64,000 nt of DNA, from the NCBI GenBank assembly GCA_963514005.1, contig OY740805.1:20584001-20648000 (forward strand), given 5' to 3'. Both the position numbers and the translations under genes were made by a program. The notes under the pieces are model-generated. The model was not told the origin of the DNA. It saw only the letters and a list, made by a program, of their open reading frames with translations, and did no database searches. Source of the DNA: Raja brachyura. Its lineage: Eukaryota. Positions within the stretch are counted from its first letter, which is position 1. Each line of letters opens with the position of its first letter. Below are positions 37,801 to 51,700 of this stretch, in pieces.

Positions 37801-39514
37801 CCTACATGAAAAGGTGTGTCGAGGACTATGTAACAAAGAAGTGCAGTTGCATCAAACAGAAGAAGCCTACAGTGCATGTGCGTGCACCAATGAGCGGTCT
37901 GAAGTCTAACTCACCCCTAGAAATGGTTTGTATCGACTTCTTACACCTGGAAAAGAGCAAAGGCGGTTATGAGTACATCCTAGAAGTAATTGACCATTTT
38001 ACAAGGTTTGCTCAGGCCTACCCTACAAAAAACAAGTCTGGCCGGACGGCAGCAGAACGGATTTACAATGACTTTGTACCACGTTTCGGATTCCCAAACA
38101 AGCTCCATCATGACCAAGGGCGTGAATTCGAGAATGAACTGTTTCGAACCCTTGGCCAGCTCTCTGGAGTAGGACATTCCCGAACATCTCCATATCACCC
38201 GCAAAGTAATCCAGCAGAGCGATTCAATCGAACCTTGCTGCAGATGCTGCGAACTCTGACAGACATAGAAAAGGAGATATGGAAAGAACATCTCCCACAG
38301 GTTGTACATGCGTATAACTGCACACGCCATGAGTCCACTGGCTATTCCCCTCACTATCTTCTCTATGGTCGACACCCTCGCCTTCCTGTGGATCTCTTGT
38401 TTGGGTTGGCTGAAGAAATAGATCCAGTGACGCACAAAGGTTATGCTGAGAAGTGGCAAAAAAGGATGGCGGAAGCATACCGCATTGCTAACAACAACAG
38501 TCTGGCTTCAAGTGCAAAAGGAAAGTCCTACTATGATCAGAAGGTGAGAGGAGTGGTCCTGAAGCCTGGGGATAGAGTGTTGGTTAGAAATCTGGGAGAG
38601 CGAGGTGGGCCTGGGAAACTACGTTCCTACTGGGAAAAGAGGATATATGTAGTGAAAGAGCAAGTCTCAGACAACCCAGTGTATGTTATTCATCCAGAAA
38701 ACGATGGCAAAGGGGGACTGAGGACGCTGCATAGAAACCTGCTTTTACTGGTAATGATTTACCAGTGGAATTCCCATCGCAGCAGACCAAACCAACTTCA
38801 AAGCCACAGACGAAAAGGAAACCTCAGCTGAGAAGGAGTGACATAAGAGACAGAACCGAGAATGCAGAGACATCTGACTCGGATGATGAGTCAGGAGGAG
38901 GTTATTGGTTGAGGATACCCCTAAGTCGGGCTGAGCCAAGGACAGCAGCTACGCCTGAGAGAATGCCGGCTCAGACTCCTAGTAAACCTGCCAGAATCCA
39001 ACATGAGCAAGCACAAAGAACACCCACTCGAGTGACCCGACAAAGGGATAAAGATTCATTCATATCAGTCGGAAAACATGAAAGAAGTCAAGAACGGATG
39101 GTGGTCCAAATATCACCTGAAATGGACTTGAGGCCACCAGAAGCTGAAATACAGCCACAGGATCAATGGAAAAGACACTCAACAGATGAAGGCGAACCAC
39201 AACAGGAGGATGATCAGGACATTCCCCATGACACTGAACAAGATGTGAAGATTGTTGCAGATCTCGAGCATCACTCTCTCTCACCTTCTGAACCTGGATC
39301 CCCTGTTACACTGAGACGGTCCACAAGGGAAAGACGGCCAGTCCAAAGGCTCACCTACTCATCTCTTGGTCATCCGACCTATCAACCATTTCCTGCTGTG
39401 AACACTATTGGCACGTACCTCATGCCCTATACTGACCCACTGTGCAGGCCATCATTCCAGTGTGCACCCATGGTCCAATATTCATACTTGCCATGTACGG
39501 TACAGGGTTATTGA
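34779..39514 (+). CDS. pol: Pol polyprotein (protease, RT, RNase H, integrase); one apparent frameshift near 38753 separates the C-terminal tail
   Basis: [39 protein letters not shown] 38765-39514 continues with a typical RRSTRERRP tail. Confidence 0.93.
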
Positions 39515-39679
39515 GAATAAACAGTGGTGATGTAATCAAACTAGAGTCATATTTTTTTTATAGTTGAAGATTTTGAATATTGTAAATATTTTTGAGTCTG
39601 TGAAAGATTGTTGATTATTTTCAATGGACACTTGCGATTTGAAATAAGTGTCAGGTGCCACTTTTGTTGTTGGGGAGCG

Positions 39680-40513
39680 TGTGGCGCATCTAAGACGGTG
39701 TGCCCACATTGATTTAATTTATGTGATGGTGTATTGGCAGTTTATAAGGTGCAGCAGTGAGGGGGAACCTCTGTGTTACTCCAGTTGCTGCGGGGACTGG
39801 AAACAGCAAGGCACTCCCCCCCCCCCATCTCAGCAGAAGCAACCTGGGGATGAATTAAGATGCACTGTGTCCTCATTTGCCTTCTCACACCTGCTTTTAT
39901 ACAGGTTGGTAGACTGTCAGGACCACACAAATATGCACTTTTGGGGTTTGAATATGGTTGGGTGAAGTTTCTGTGTTGTTTTGGGTGTTAAGAAAGTTGA
40001 AGTTAGTGGATTACTGGTTGTTAATGTTTCTGTGTGCTGGGTTGGAAGATATAATAATGTGTAGCATGGGCATGTTTCTTATTAGGTCATTCCATAACCT
40101 GTGGTGGTTGCAGACGTTGCAATGAGGATATGGCATAGAAAAAAAAGGCTAAATGTCAACTTTTAGCATGTTGCTGGAAATGTACAGTGAAGGTTAATTA
40201 AGTGCCTAATAATATTTATTGAAGTGTAAAATCAAAAATACAAGTGTGTAAATCGCACAGAGAGTGTATTGAGTACAAGGGAAACATAGGAAAGAATGGG
40301 CTGTGAGTGAAACTGTAACAAAATGGGTGTGTTAGGGAGAGACAAAATGGATGACTGAACCAATGATAAGAGCAATGTTTTGTGTTTACATGATTATTGA
40401 ATAAAACAACCAGCGGAAGCAACCTGGGGATGAATTAAGATGCACTGTGTCCTCATTTGCCTTCTCACACCTGCCTTTATACAGGTTATCTATCTGCTTT
40501 ACGGTGCCCAACC
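39680..40513 (+). repeat. 3' LTR, lacking its last 15 bp
   Basis: Matches the 5' LTR up to GCCCAACC; TTGGGACCCGTAACA is absent. Confidence 0.92.
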
Positions 40514-40719
40514 ATGTTTTATAAGATGTTGCGATGCTTTTCTCATCAAATCGCTCCAGCACTGGAACGGCGATATGTAGGCAAAACGGATATACACATA
40601 TTGGCGATCGGTATTTATAAAGGAAAATAAGGTTAATGCAGAAAACTAGAATACAATTCAGACATGATAATTGAAAACGTGTCAGCTACAAGTGACCACA
40701 TGGTGAACGCTGTTCTTAT

Positions 40720-42125
40720 TCATAAAGTCATAAGGTAATAGATGGTTGAAATAGAATTAGTCTATTCGGCCCATCAAGTCCGCTCCGCCATTTATTTATG
40801 GCTTATCTATCTCTCCCTCCTACCCCATTCGCCTGCCTTCTCCCCATAACCTCTGCCACGTGTACTAATCAAATATATATCTATATTTGCCTTTAAAAAT
40901 ATCCACTGACTTGGCCTCTCCAGCCCTCTGTGGCACAGAATTCCACATATTTATCACCCTCTGACAAAATACATTTCTCATCATCTTCCTAAAAGAACGT
41001 CCTTTAATTCTGAGGCTATAACCTCTAGTTCCAGAGTATCCCACTCGTGGAAACATCCTCTCTACATCCACTATATCCAAGCCTTTCACTATTCTGTATG
41101 TTGCAATGAGGTCCTCCTCATTCTTCTAAACTCCAGCGAGTACAGGCCCAGTGCCGACAAACGCTGCTCATTGGTTAACCTGCTAATTGCTGGGATCATT
41201 CTTATAAACCTCCTCTGGACCCACTCCTGAGCCAGCACATCCTTTCTCAAATATGGTGCCCAAAATTGCTCACAATATTCCAAATGGGACCTTATCAGTG
41301 CCTTTTAGAGCCTCAGCACTACATCCCTATTTGTGTATACAAGTTCTCTTGAAATAACTACTAGCATTGAACATGCTTTCTTTACTACCGATTCGACTTG
41401 CAGATTAACCTTTTGGGAATCCTGCACCAACACTCCCGTGTCCCTTTGCACTTGTGATTTCTGGATTATCTCCCCTTTCAGACAATAATCTATGTTTTTA
41501 TTCCTACTACCGAAAAGCATGAAGCGACACTTTGCTACACTATATGTCATCTGCTACTTCTCTGCACACTCCCCCAACCTGGCCAAGTATTTATGTAGAG
41601 TCCCTGTTTTCTCAACACTACCTGCCCTTCCATTTATTTTCGTATCATCCGCAAACTTGGCCACCAAGCCTTCAATCCACTCATCCAAATCATTAATATA
41701 CAACATGAGGAGTAGTAGACCTCGCACCGACCACTGCGAAACTCCGCTAGTCACTGGTAGCCAACCAGAAAATGCCCCCCTTTATTGCCACCCTTTGTCC
41801 TCTGTCATCCAGCCAATACATGCTAATATTTGTCGGTTGATACCGTGAGCTCTCATCTTCCTGAGCAACATCACGTGTGGCACCTTATCAAAGGCTTTCT
41901 GAAAATGTAAGTTATCACCATCTACTGACTCTCCTTTGCCGTCCTGCTACTTACATCTTCAAATAATTCCAGCAAATTTGTGAAGCAAGACCTCCTCTTC
42001 ACAAAGCCATGCTGACTTCGGCCTATTTTATCGTGAACTTGGCCATAAAGTATGTCGCAACCTCATCATTTATAATGGATTCTAAAATCTAACCAAGCAC
42101 GGAAGTCAGACTAACCAGCCTTTTG
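40720..42125 (-). mobile_element. Degenerate CR1 LINE 3' half
   Basis: TSGVSQ, KFADDTK, LGLYSLEFRR, 3' UTR. Confidence 0.9.
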
Positions 42126-43514
42126 TTGACACTATTTGTGCTTTGATCCCTTCACGTGCAGCTGGGTAATATTGGACATTTTCCAATCATGGGAAATTTC
42201 CAATTATTGAAATCTCCTATGACCACCATAGCATTGCCCTTTTGCTTGTTTCTATATTCAATCCATGCAGAACACTGAATCTTTTCGACAAATGGTTAAC
42301 TCCTAGGTTTATTACGTTTGCTAATGAGACCATTGCGCGATCTCAAATGCTTGCTGATTCTTCTGGGCATTTTTCATGTCGGAGAATAATTGGAAGGCAC
42401 AGAACATGGAACAGTCCAGCACATGAACAGACAATGTCGGTGCTGAACATGGTGCGAAGATAAAGTAATCTAATTTGCCTGCACATTACCCATTCCCTGC
42501 ATACCCACGTGCCTATCTAAAACCGTCTTCAACGTCATTATTGCATCCGCCCACCGGCACATGTGGCAGCGCATTCCAGGCATCACCACCCTCACTGTCA
42601 AACGTTTCCCCTTTCGTTTTAAAGTTTATCCCTTTCGCCTTTCCCTTGAACTGGGGAAGATAAAAGTTTTAGACTGCCTACCATATCTATATATCTCAAT
42701 ATGTTATATACTTCTATCAGACCTCCGCTCTACCTATGCCCATGCAGAGAAAACAAACCAAGTCTGAGCTAACAATACTTACAGCGAATACCGTCTAACC
42801 CAATCATAATGCTGACAAATACTGTAGCATTTACACAAACAAAGCCCTCAAATTAACGTTAATGGAAATGCAAAGCATGAATTTCACATCCTTTCTAAGA
42901 TCATAAACCCAATGTAATATCTATCCATGTTTTCTTGTTACTTGCATTGAAATCAGGAGGGGAAAATCGTTAGTTGTAGAAAATATATATATGTGTGTGT
43001 AGGAAGGATTCGCAGGTGCTGTCTTAAAACGAAGATAGACAGAAAAGGCTGGAGTAATTCAGCGAGGCAGGTATCATGGAGAGAAGGAATGGGTGGCGTT
43101 TCGGGTCGAGACCTTCTTCGGACGGTATATGGGTGGATATGTGTATGTACACACACACTAACCTTTTTTTCTCTCGTTGATTATATTGTTTAGAATGTAC
43201 TATGTTTACATATTCAGTTCTGCTGCTGCAAGTAACAATTTAATTGTTCTAGCAGGGACATATGACAATAAAACACTCTTGAATCTTGAATGTTGACTCT
43301 ATAGGCAACGCTACCGGTCGGGCCGTTTCTTAAGTCCGAAGAATGCTCCTGGCTGGTAATGTCGGAAATCCATTCCTTCCACAAATGCCGCCTGTTCCGC
43401 CGAGTTATTCCAACGCGTTGTGTTTTATTTATGAAATAATTGGAGTTCATCGCCAAGTAACATTTTGTCCAAAGCGGTTATTCTCTGTGACTGCGCATCT
43501 TTCTATTCTTGCAG

Positions 43515-44452
43515 GTAATCTTATGGCGATTGTGATTCTATCTCGTGGGAACTGTGGTCTTTCCAAATGCATCACACGTTACATGGTCGCCATGGCTGTT
43601 GCAGACCTACTGGTGATAATATTTGATGTAGTATTATATGAGATTAATGACATGCATTTTCCGCTTTCCTTCTTGCATTATACTCCCGTCTGCAGCCTCA
43701 TAATTGCCCTGGTGTTCGCAGACATTGATTGTTCGGTCTGGCTAACCGTTGCCTTCACATTTGATCGATACATCGCCATTTGTTGTCAGAAGCTGAGAGC
43801 AAAATACTGCGCCGAAAGAACTGCCGCTATTATAATAGTGATTGTGTTTGGAGTAAGCTTTGTGCAGAATATCCCTATTTATTTTGAAAACGAGCATCTG
43901 CTGACTATTGACAACGTGCCATGGTTCTGCAAAGTGAAGTCAAGTCTCTCCAGTTTACCAATATGGATTGCATACTTCTTCTTCGACATTACCTTAACAC
44001 CGTTTGTACCTTTCCTTTTGATTGTGCTGCTTAATGCCCTGACCACCAGACATATTTTACAGGCTAGTCGGATAAGGAGGGGACTCCGGGGGGACGGGAA
44101 AAGCGAGGATTGCACTGATCCGGAGATTGTAAACCGCAGAAAATCGATCATTTTACTGCTCTCCATCTCAAGCTGTTTCATACTGCTATGGATGGTAACA
44201 TTTGTACATTACATATGCACACAATTTGCAGGCGTTGAGTTCATGCTCACAGATTACAACGATCCTTTCGCCATTATGGAGCACACTGGGTATATGCTGC
44301 AGTGCTTGAATTCGTGCACAAACACATTTATTTATGCGGTGGCTCAGGCAAAGTTCAGAGAATCATTGACGAATACGCTGAAATATCCGTTTACTTTCGT
44401 GAATAGATTAGTTCTAACCTCGGACCAGAGACCACGCAGCGTTTTTCAATAA
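43515..44452 (+). CDS. GPR139-like GPCR copy 2, exon 2 (spliced product 335 aa, intact)
   Basis: Acceptor TTTCTATTCTTGCAG|GTAAT; GNLMAIVILSRGNCGLSKCITRYMVAMAVADLL..FTFDRY..NRRKSIILL..NTFIY; seven hydrophobic segments once exon 1 is included. Confidence 0.92.
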
Positions 44453-44486
44453 TCCATTATCTAAATCCATTTACCTGTTGTCGCCT

Positions 44487-44492
44487 AATAAA
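44487..44492 (+). terminator. Candidate poly(A) signal of GPCR copy 2
   Basis: AATAAA 35 nt after the stop codon. Confidence 0.55.
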
Positions 44493-44574
44493 AAATGTTT
44501 GAACAGAGCATAGATGGCATGCCACGAAAGCATCTCTGAAGTATTGATCAACTAACCTAAAGAAGTCTTCATAT

Positions 44575-44900
44575 GTTCATAACATGACGCTTTGCAAAAA
44601 CACAATTAGTCCATTCTGGCCATCATGACTACTCTTCCGTTCAATTATGACAGATCTATCTATCATTCCTCACACCATTCTCCTGCCTTACCCCCTTAAC
44701 CACTGACACCCGTACTAATCAAGAATCTGTCCACCTCCACCTGAAAAAATATCCATCGAATTGGCCTCCACAGCCTTCTGTGGCAACCAATTCCACATAA
44801 TCACCACCCTCCAACTGTTCTTCGGTTGTGGCCTCTTGTCGTGGACTTTCCCAGTAGTGGAAACATTCCCTCGATATACATTCTATCCAGGCCTTTCATG
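44575..44900 (-). mobile_element. CR1 3' fragment
   Basis: Antisense CR1 3' UTR similar to 40720-41090. Confidence 0.7.
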
Positions 44901-46145
44901 ACTCAATATGCCTTGCAAATGGAGGCACGAGGTTGCAGAAGCTTGAATCTTGAGCAAAAAAAACACCTTTCTGAAGGAAGCCAAGGGTCTCTACGCGAAA
45001 CGTCATCTGTTCCTCCTCACCACGGATGCTGCCTGATCCACAGAGTTCCTCCGATAGATTGTTCTTTGGTCATATCTTGTAAATGCTATTCGTCATGTTC
45101 AATGCGACGTCTCCATGGAACAGCTTTTAATATTGTCAATTACTATCGTATTTCTTTGTGATATCACCAAATCGAATTATTGTCATCCTGACGAAGCACA
45201 GAAACTCACTAAAATGCACGAACGTTCGCACCACACAGCTCCCTCTCCCAGTCCCATTATGAATTCATGCATCGTATTTCTATATCAGCTTCATGCAACC
45301 GCGGAGAAAATAATCTTTGATAGAAGCCTTTTATGCACCGTTGCAAATCGCCAAGCCCGTTTACGTTAGGCAATGTATACTTGTACATTTATTTTATCTG
45401 CACATTAGCTGTAAACGCAGCGTCAGAACGCGGTAATACTATATTCTGCACGCTTGTATATTTTTTATCTTTACACAACTTATGAATGGCTTAATTATAT
45501 TCATGCATAGTATGATGTTGCTGAATACCACGCACAAGGTTTCTCGCTGTATCTGGTTACCCGCGTCAATAATAAACCAATACGTTATATCTATCGATTG
45601 CAGCATCTAGTGTTTATTTTAAGCAGGTAGCAAGGTTTTATTAACATTTTCTTTTTGCGTTTGACTACGTGGTGAAGAGCCATCCTTTTCCGCCACCGCT
45701 GAAGACATCCATGCGCAAGCACAATATTCTGTCGGCGTGGGGCGTTTCGGCATTTGCAATACTGAGTATCAGCGACATATTTCCAAATCAGAATGGCGGT
45801 CAATTTGGATCTTGATCTGCAGGAGCTATTTTTACTCTGTAGATTTCTAAGGGGGACTAACCATAATTGCCCGCTTGGTATGCGAAAGGTTGTTGATTTT
45901 ACCGTCCAGAGGAAAATGATTATAATATTCCATTCAGTGGCTAAAAGTAATACTTGTCCAAATGAGTATTTTCTTCCCAGGACATCGGCACTTGCAAGCA
46001 CTTGCCATTTCCAAGTTCGGGCGAGTCCGACTGTCTGGTCAAAATGATGGTGATTCAATTATTATTTGAACAGAGACTGATGGCGGGGGCGTTAGCTTGG
46101 CAATGTTATTGAATGTTACATCTTGCCTAATACAGCACCTGCAAA

Positions 46146-47980
46146 TAACATAGAAACATAGAAACCTAGAAATTAGGTGCAGGAGTAGGCCATTCGGCCC
46201 TTCGAGCCTGCACCGCCATTCAATATGATCATGGCTGATCATCCAACTCAGTATCCCGTACCTGCCTTCTCTCCATACCCTCTGATCCCCTTAGCCACAA
46301 GGGCCACATCTAACTCCATCTTAAATATAGCCAATGAACTGGCCTCAACTACCCTCTGTGGCAGAGAGTTCCAGAGACCCACCACTCTCTGTGTGAAAAA
46401 AATCCTTCTCATCTCGGTCCTAAAGGATTTCCCCCTTATCCTTAAGCTGTGACCCCTTGTCCTGGACCTCCCCAACATCGGGAACAATCTTCCTGCATCT
46501 AGCCTGTCCAACCCCTTAAGAATCTTGTAAGTTTCTATAAGATCCCCTCTCAATCTCCTAAATTCTAGAGAGTATAAACCGAGTCTATGCAGTCTTTGTT
46601 CATAAGACAGTCCTGACATCCCAGGAATCAGTCTGGTGAACCTTCGCTGCACTCCCTCTATGGCAATAATGTCCTTCCTCAGATTTGGAGACCAGAACTG
46701 TACGCAATACTCCAGGTGTGGTCTCACCAAAACCCTATACAACTGAAGTAGAACCTCCCTGCACCTATACTCAAATCCTTTTGCAATGAAAGCTAACATA
46801 CCATTGGCTTTCTTCACTGCCTGCTGTACCTGCATGCCTACTTTCAATGACTGGTGTACCATGACACCCAGGTCGCGCTGCATCTCCCCTTTTCCTAATC
46901 GGCCACCATTTAGATAGTAGTCGGTTTTCCTATTTTTGCCACCAAAGTGGATAACCTCACATTTATCCACATTATACTGCATCTGCCAAACATTTGCCCA
47001 CTCACCCAGCCTATCCAAGTCACCTTGCATTCTCCTAGCATCCTCCTCACAGCTAACACTGCCCCCCAGCTTAGTGTCATCCGCAAACTTGGAGATATTG
47101 CCTTCAATTCCCTCATCCAGATCATTTATGTATATTGTAAATAGCTGGGGTCCCAGCACTGAGCCTTGCGGTACCCCACTAGTCACTGCCTGCCGTTGTG
47201 AAAACGACCCGTTTACTCCTACTCTTTGCTTCCTGTTTGCCAGCCAGTTCTCTATCCACATCAATACTGAACCCCAATGCCGTATGCTTTATGTTTATAT
47301 ACTAATCGCTTATGTGGGACCTTGTCAAAAGCCTTCTGGAATCCAGATACACCACATCCACTGGTTCTCCCCATCCACGCTACTAGTTACATCCTCGATA
47401 AATTCCACAAGATTCGTCAGACATGATTTACCTTTCGTAAATCCATGCTGACTTTGTCCAATGATTTCACCACTTTCCAAATGTGCTGCTATCCCATCTT
47501 TAATAACTGACTCTAGCAGTTTCCCCACTACTGATGTTAGATTAACTGGTCTGTAATTCCCCGTTTTCTCTCTCCCCCCCTTCTTAAAAAGAGGGGTTAC
47601 GTTTGCTACCCGCCAATCCTCAGGAACTACTCCAGAATCTAAAGAGTTTTTGAAAGATTATCACTAATGCATCCACTATTTCCGGAGCTACTTCCTTAAG
47701 TACTCTGGGATGCAGCCTATCTGGCCCTGGGGATTTATCGGCCTTTAATCCATTCAATTTACCCAACACCATTTCCCGACTAACCTGGATTTCACTCAAG
47801 TACTCCTTTGACCTGCGGTCCCCTGCTATTTCCGGCAGATTATTTATGTCTTCCTTAGTGAAGGCGGAACCAAAGTAGTTATTCAATTGGTCCGCCATAT
47901 CCTTGTTCCCCATGATCAACTCACCTGTTTCTGTCAGCAAGGGACCTACATTTGTTTTAACTAATCTATTTCTCTTCACA
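46146..47980 (-). mobile_element. CR1 LINE, 5'-truncated, fairly young
   Basis: 338-aa ORF with GVPQGSVLGP and FADDTK; upstream frameshifted KSPGPD and QHGF pieces; (TTTCTATG)n tail. Confidence 0.95.
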
Positions 47981-48074
47981 ATTTTGCTGTCATTCACACA
48001 TTTCCTAAACATGGAACTCATATCTATACCAAAATCCTTGATTTAAATCAGAAATTACAAACAAAAATTAAGGG

Positions 48075-48700
48075 CAGCTTCGCAGCAGTCAAACGGATGC
48101 CTCGCAGCGTCAGAGACCCGGGTTTGATCCCGACGACGGATGCTGTCTGTGTGAAGGTCGTACGTTCACACTGACTGCGTGGGTTTTCTCCGGGCGCTGG
48201 TTTCCACCCACATTCCAAACTCGTGCAGGTTTACACGTTAATTGCCCCAAGTAAGATGTGTAAGGTGCCAAAGTGGGATTGAGTCATCGAATCACACTGC
48301 GTTGAAACAGGCTTTTCGGCACAGCATGCCCCATATATATTAGTCCCAACTCCCCACACTTGGCTCATAACCCTCAAAACCCATCCCATGCATGTACCTG
48401 TCCAATTGTCTGTTAATTGTTATGATAGTACCTGCCTCAACCTCCTCATCTGGCAGCTCGTTCCATATACCCACCACCCGTTATGTAAAAATATTATCCC
48501 CAGGTTCCTATTAAATCTCCACACTCACCCGCTCTCACCATAAATCAATATCCTCTAGTTCTCCAGTCCCATATTGTGGGCAAAAACTCATGCTCATTTA
48601 CCCGATTGATTGATCTCATAATTTAGTAAACCTCTTTCAGATCACCCCATCCTTTTGCACTCTAAGGAATGAAATCAGAGCCTTCTCAACATCACCCTCA
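48075..48700. mobile_element. V-SINE fragment (+) followed by an old CR1 3' fragment (-)
   Basis: GAGACCCGGGTTTGATCC B box; CR1 3' similarity. Confidence 0.6.
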
Positions 48701-51700
48701 CTGAACATAGACTCGCTGACATGCAGAACAGTTCAGCATAGGAACAGGCCCGTGGGTCCACACCTTCTGTTCCGAACGTGATGCCAAGTTGAACTAATCT
48801 GCTCTACCAACACATGTTCCATATCCACCCCTTTCCCTGCATATCTATGCTTTTCTAGAGACGTCAAATGCGACAATTAGTCTCCTTGTAAATCTTCTCG
48901 ACTCTTTCCAGCTGGTGTGTTAAAAACAAAGTGCATGAAGAATTCAGTGGGCCAGGCAGCATCTGTGGTGGGAATCGACTGACTACGTTTTGAAGTCACC
49001 AGTCCGAACAAGAGTTCCAGCCTGAAAAGTCTTTGGTTCATTCCATCCCACAGATGTTGCCTGACCCACTGTCAACGGTTTTGCTCAACGATCTGCCGTT
49101 TCTAGTATCGCAATAAATCTGTTAACTGTTACCATTCGTTTGCCCTATTTTATTACATTTTGTATTACATTTCTGTTAAACTATGTTGCAGTCTTGCAGA
49201 TGTTTTCACCTCAGCTGCGAAACTGCGTCCCTAGTGCACATTTCTACTTTAATCATGCTAAATTATGATAATTGCCACCAAAACACCTCATCACTACCAC
49301 TACAATACTGCTCACATCTTGCTGCCAAGCAAGACCCATCATTTTCTATACAGTCGCCTTAATACCATTTCTTCAATTAATTTGAGAACCTCTGCACTCT
49401 GCTTCAGTGACAAATAATATTAAGTGTAAATTCACAACTATTTATTGTTCTGGGGTGGGTTCTTTTGCACCATGTAAACAGGCCAAAATATTTCTCCATC
49501 CGTATCCCTAAGTTTATTTGATATACAATGATAAATACAAAACAATGGATCATTTAAATGTTTACTGTGCTGATGGAGACCATTCATCCTATCAGGCCAA
49601 TGCCACATCTCTACTGGAGAAAGTCACTTGTTCAACCCCAGCCCTTCGACTGTACTTTTGCATTTTTCTGCTCACAATAAGTGTATCCAATTCTCTCTTT
49701 GTAATGAAACATAAATAGGATTCGGATCCATGAACGGAGCAAGAAAGTTTCAGGGGTACAAATTATTATCTTTATTGTATCAAATTACATGACAAAGCAT
49801 TAAAAAAAAGCAACGAGTCTCATAGCTTTCGGCTCAATGTGTTAAATGATAGAAGCAGTGGCAAATACCATCAAGTTTCATTCTTCTGCCCATTGGAGAC
49901 TCCTATTTATGACGGCTGGTATGGAGATCTTGCGGGCCCAGCCACTGTCTTTCAAAGGTTCTTCATTAAGTCAAGCAGCGAGCTATTCTTGCATGTCTCT
50001 TAGAAAGAAAAGTTTATCTTATCCTTTCATTGCACTGTAAATATCCTTGTAGGCTGCTCCATAATTACCCAGTTATTATAAGCGAGCCCAGGCATTTTCT
50101 CAAGCATTTAATCGTTTCCCAAAGCCAGCCTACTTGCTTACCATTCGGTGCTGTTAGCAGAACATTTAATCTTAGGTGAAAACCCTGTTTATCTTTTGCA
50201 ATGCATTAAGGGCATAATGGACCCAACTACACAACATCTACGTGGCATACATTTGAAATTCCAAACCCACATTGCATAAAATTCCTCGTCCTCTCTCCCT
50301 GTGACATCTAGCCCTCAAACCCTCCAGCAACGTGAACGGCCTCCCCATCCATTCTTCCCATCAAGGATTGATCACTTTCCACAGCTCCAAGAAATTAATT
50401 TGTGATTCACCACCCTCTGACTGAAGGGATTCCTCCTGATCCCTTTCTAAAGATACATCATGTTATTCTGAGAAATATACTTGGCAAGACCACAACATCT
50501 GCAGTTTTTGTCTCCTGCTCTTAGGAAGAATGTTCTGGTTATGGAGGGAGTGTTCTGAATGGTCATCAGATTTCAGGGATGGGAGGACTAATGTATGATG
50601 GACAATATGGGCGATTAGTTTTACATCTGAGATTAGGACCATTCTAAAACAACTACAAAATTCTTAAGGGTCTGTACAGATTCAAGAGAGCCAAGAGTGT
50701 TTTATTGTCATTTGTCCCAGATAGTACAGTGACATTCTTACTCGCAGCAGCACACGGAATATGTAAACATAGTACACGGTAAACAATATGAAAAACGAGG
50801 AAAAAAAATCAGTGTGCATATATATACACGCGTACTCACGGGTACACAGACATATATGTGTATATATGTACCCATACATATATTCAAGAGGGAAATCAGG
50901 TCAGTTCAGAACCCAGTAGTCAGAATCTGAAGCTCAGGCATAACGTTGAGATGAAGAGCGATTACTTCTCCCACAGAATGATGAACGTGTGGAATGTTAT
51001 ACCACTGGAAGCAGTTGAACACAGATCATTACATTTATTCAAGCAGTTATATGTTATTTGTATGGTCAAAGGATCACAGATGATGAGGAGAAATAAAAGG
51101 ATCAAGGTAATAAATGTGGGTCACAATTTATCACATGGAATAATAGTTGAGGCTTAAATGCCTGAATTCCTATTAATTTTATATGCTGTATTTCAACATT
51201 TTTGTATTTATCCTGGCCACATTTCCTCTGCATTGACGAGCATGATAACTTAAAAGGAAAATATACCCTGGTGCCTGTGCCTTTTTTGCAGATAAGACAG
51301 ATGCATACATTGGTTTGCTGTTCACAAAGCAAGGACAAATCAGAAATAACTCATTTCAATGTGTTTACTCAAGATGCAAAAAAATGAATACTACTGTGTT
51401 GATAAGCACTGCACTAAAAATGTACTAACCTATATTAAAAACGTTTTTGGATAAAATAAACATAACATGGTCATCGAATCTCCCCGGGTAAGTCTTCCAC
51501 CCCCTGCCCTCCACCCCTTTGAGAAGTGGCTGAAGGGTGATGTTAAAATACATAAAGGTTTTAAATAAAGCACTTTGGTGAAAGCATTTCCACCATAAAA
51601 TCCAGCAGGGAATTCTACAGAGAATGCTCCCTCTACTCCCCTCCCACCCAATGCTGGTGAGAATGAGGATCCAGATCAATTAATTGCATTTAGGGGAAGG

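Larger units (their letters stand above)
32189..40513 (+). mobile_element. Near full-length Ty3/Gypsy LTR retrotransposon in the GPCR intron
   Basis: Two nearly identical LTRs, PBS, gag, pol with PR-RT-RH-IN order, and a PPT-like GGGGAGCG before the 3' LTR. Confidence 0.97.

Noticed and set aside
38765-39514. env-like third ORF
   Set aside because: No signal peptide or TM segment; it reads as the frameshifted low-complexity integrase tail.
43343-43514. N-terminal extension of the 369-aa ORF (likewise 16438-16534)
   Set aside because: Intronic read-through, partly repeat-derived; the true start is exon 1 via a canonical acceptor.
45591-46058. 155-aa ORF and other short track ORFs in unique sequence
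   Set aside because: No motifs or splice support; most others are antisense to transposon ORFs.
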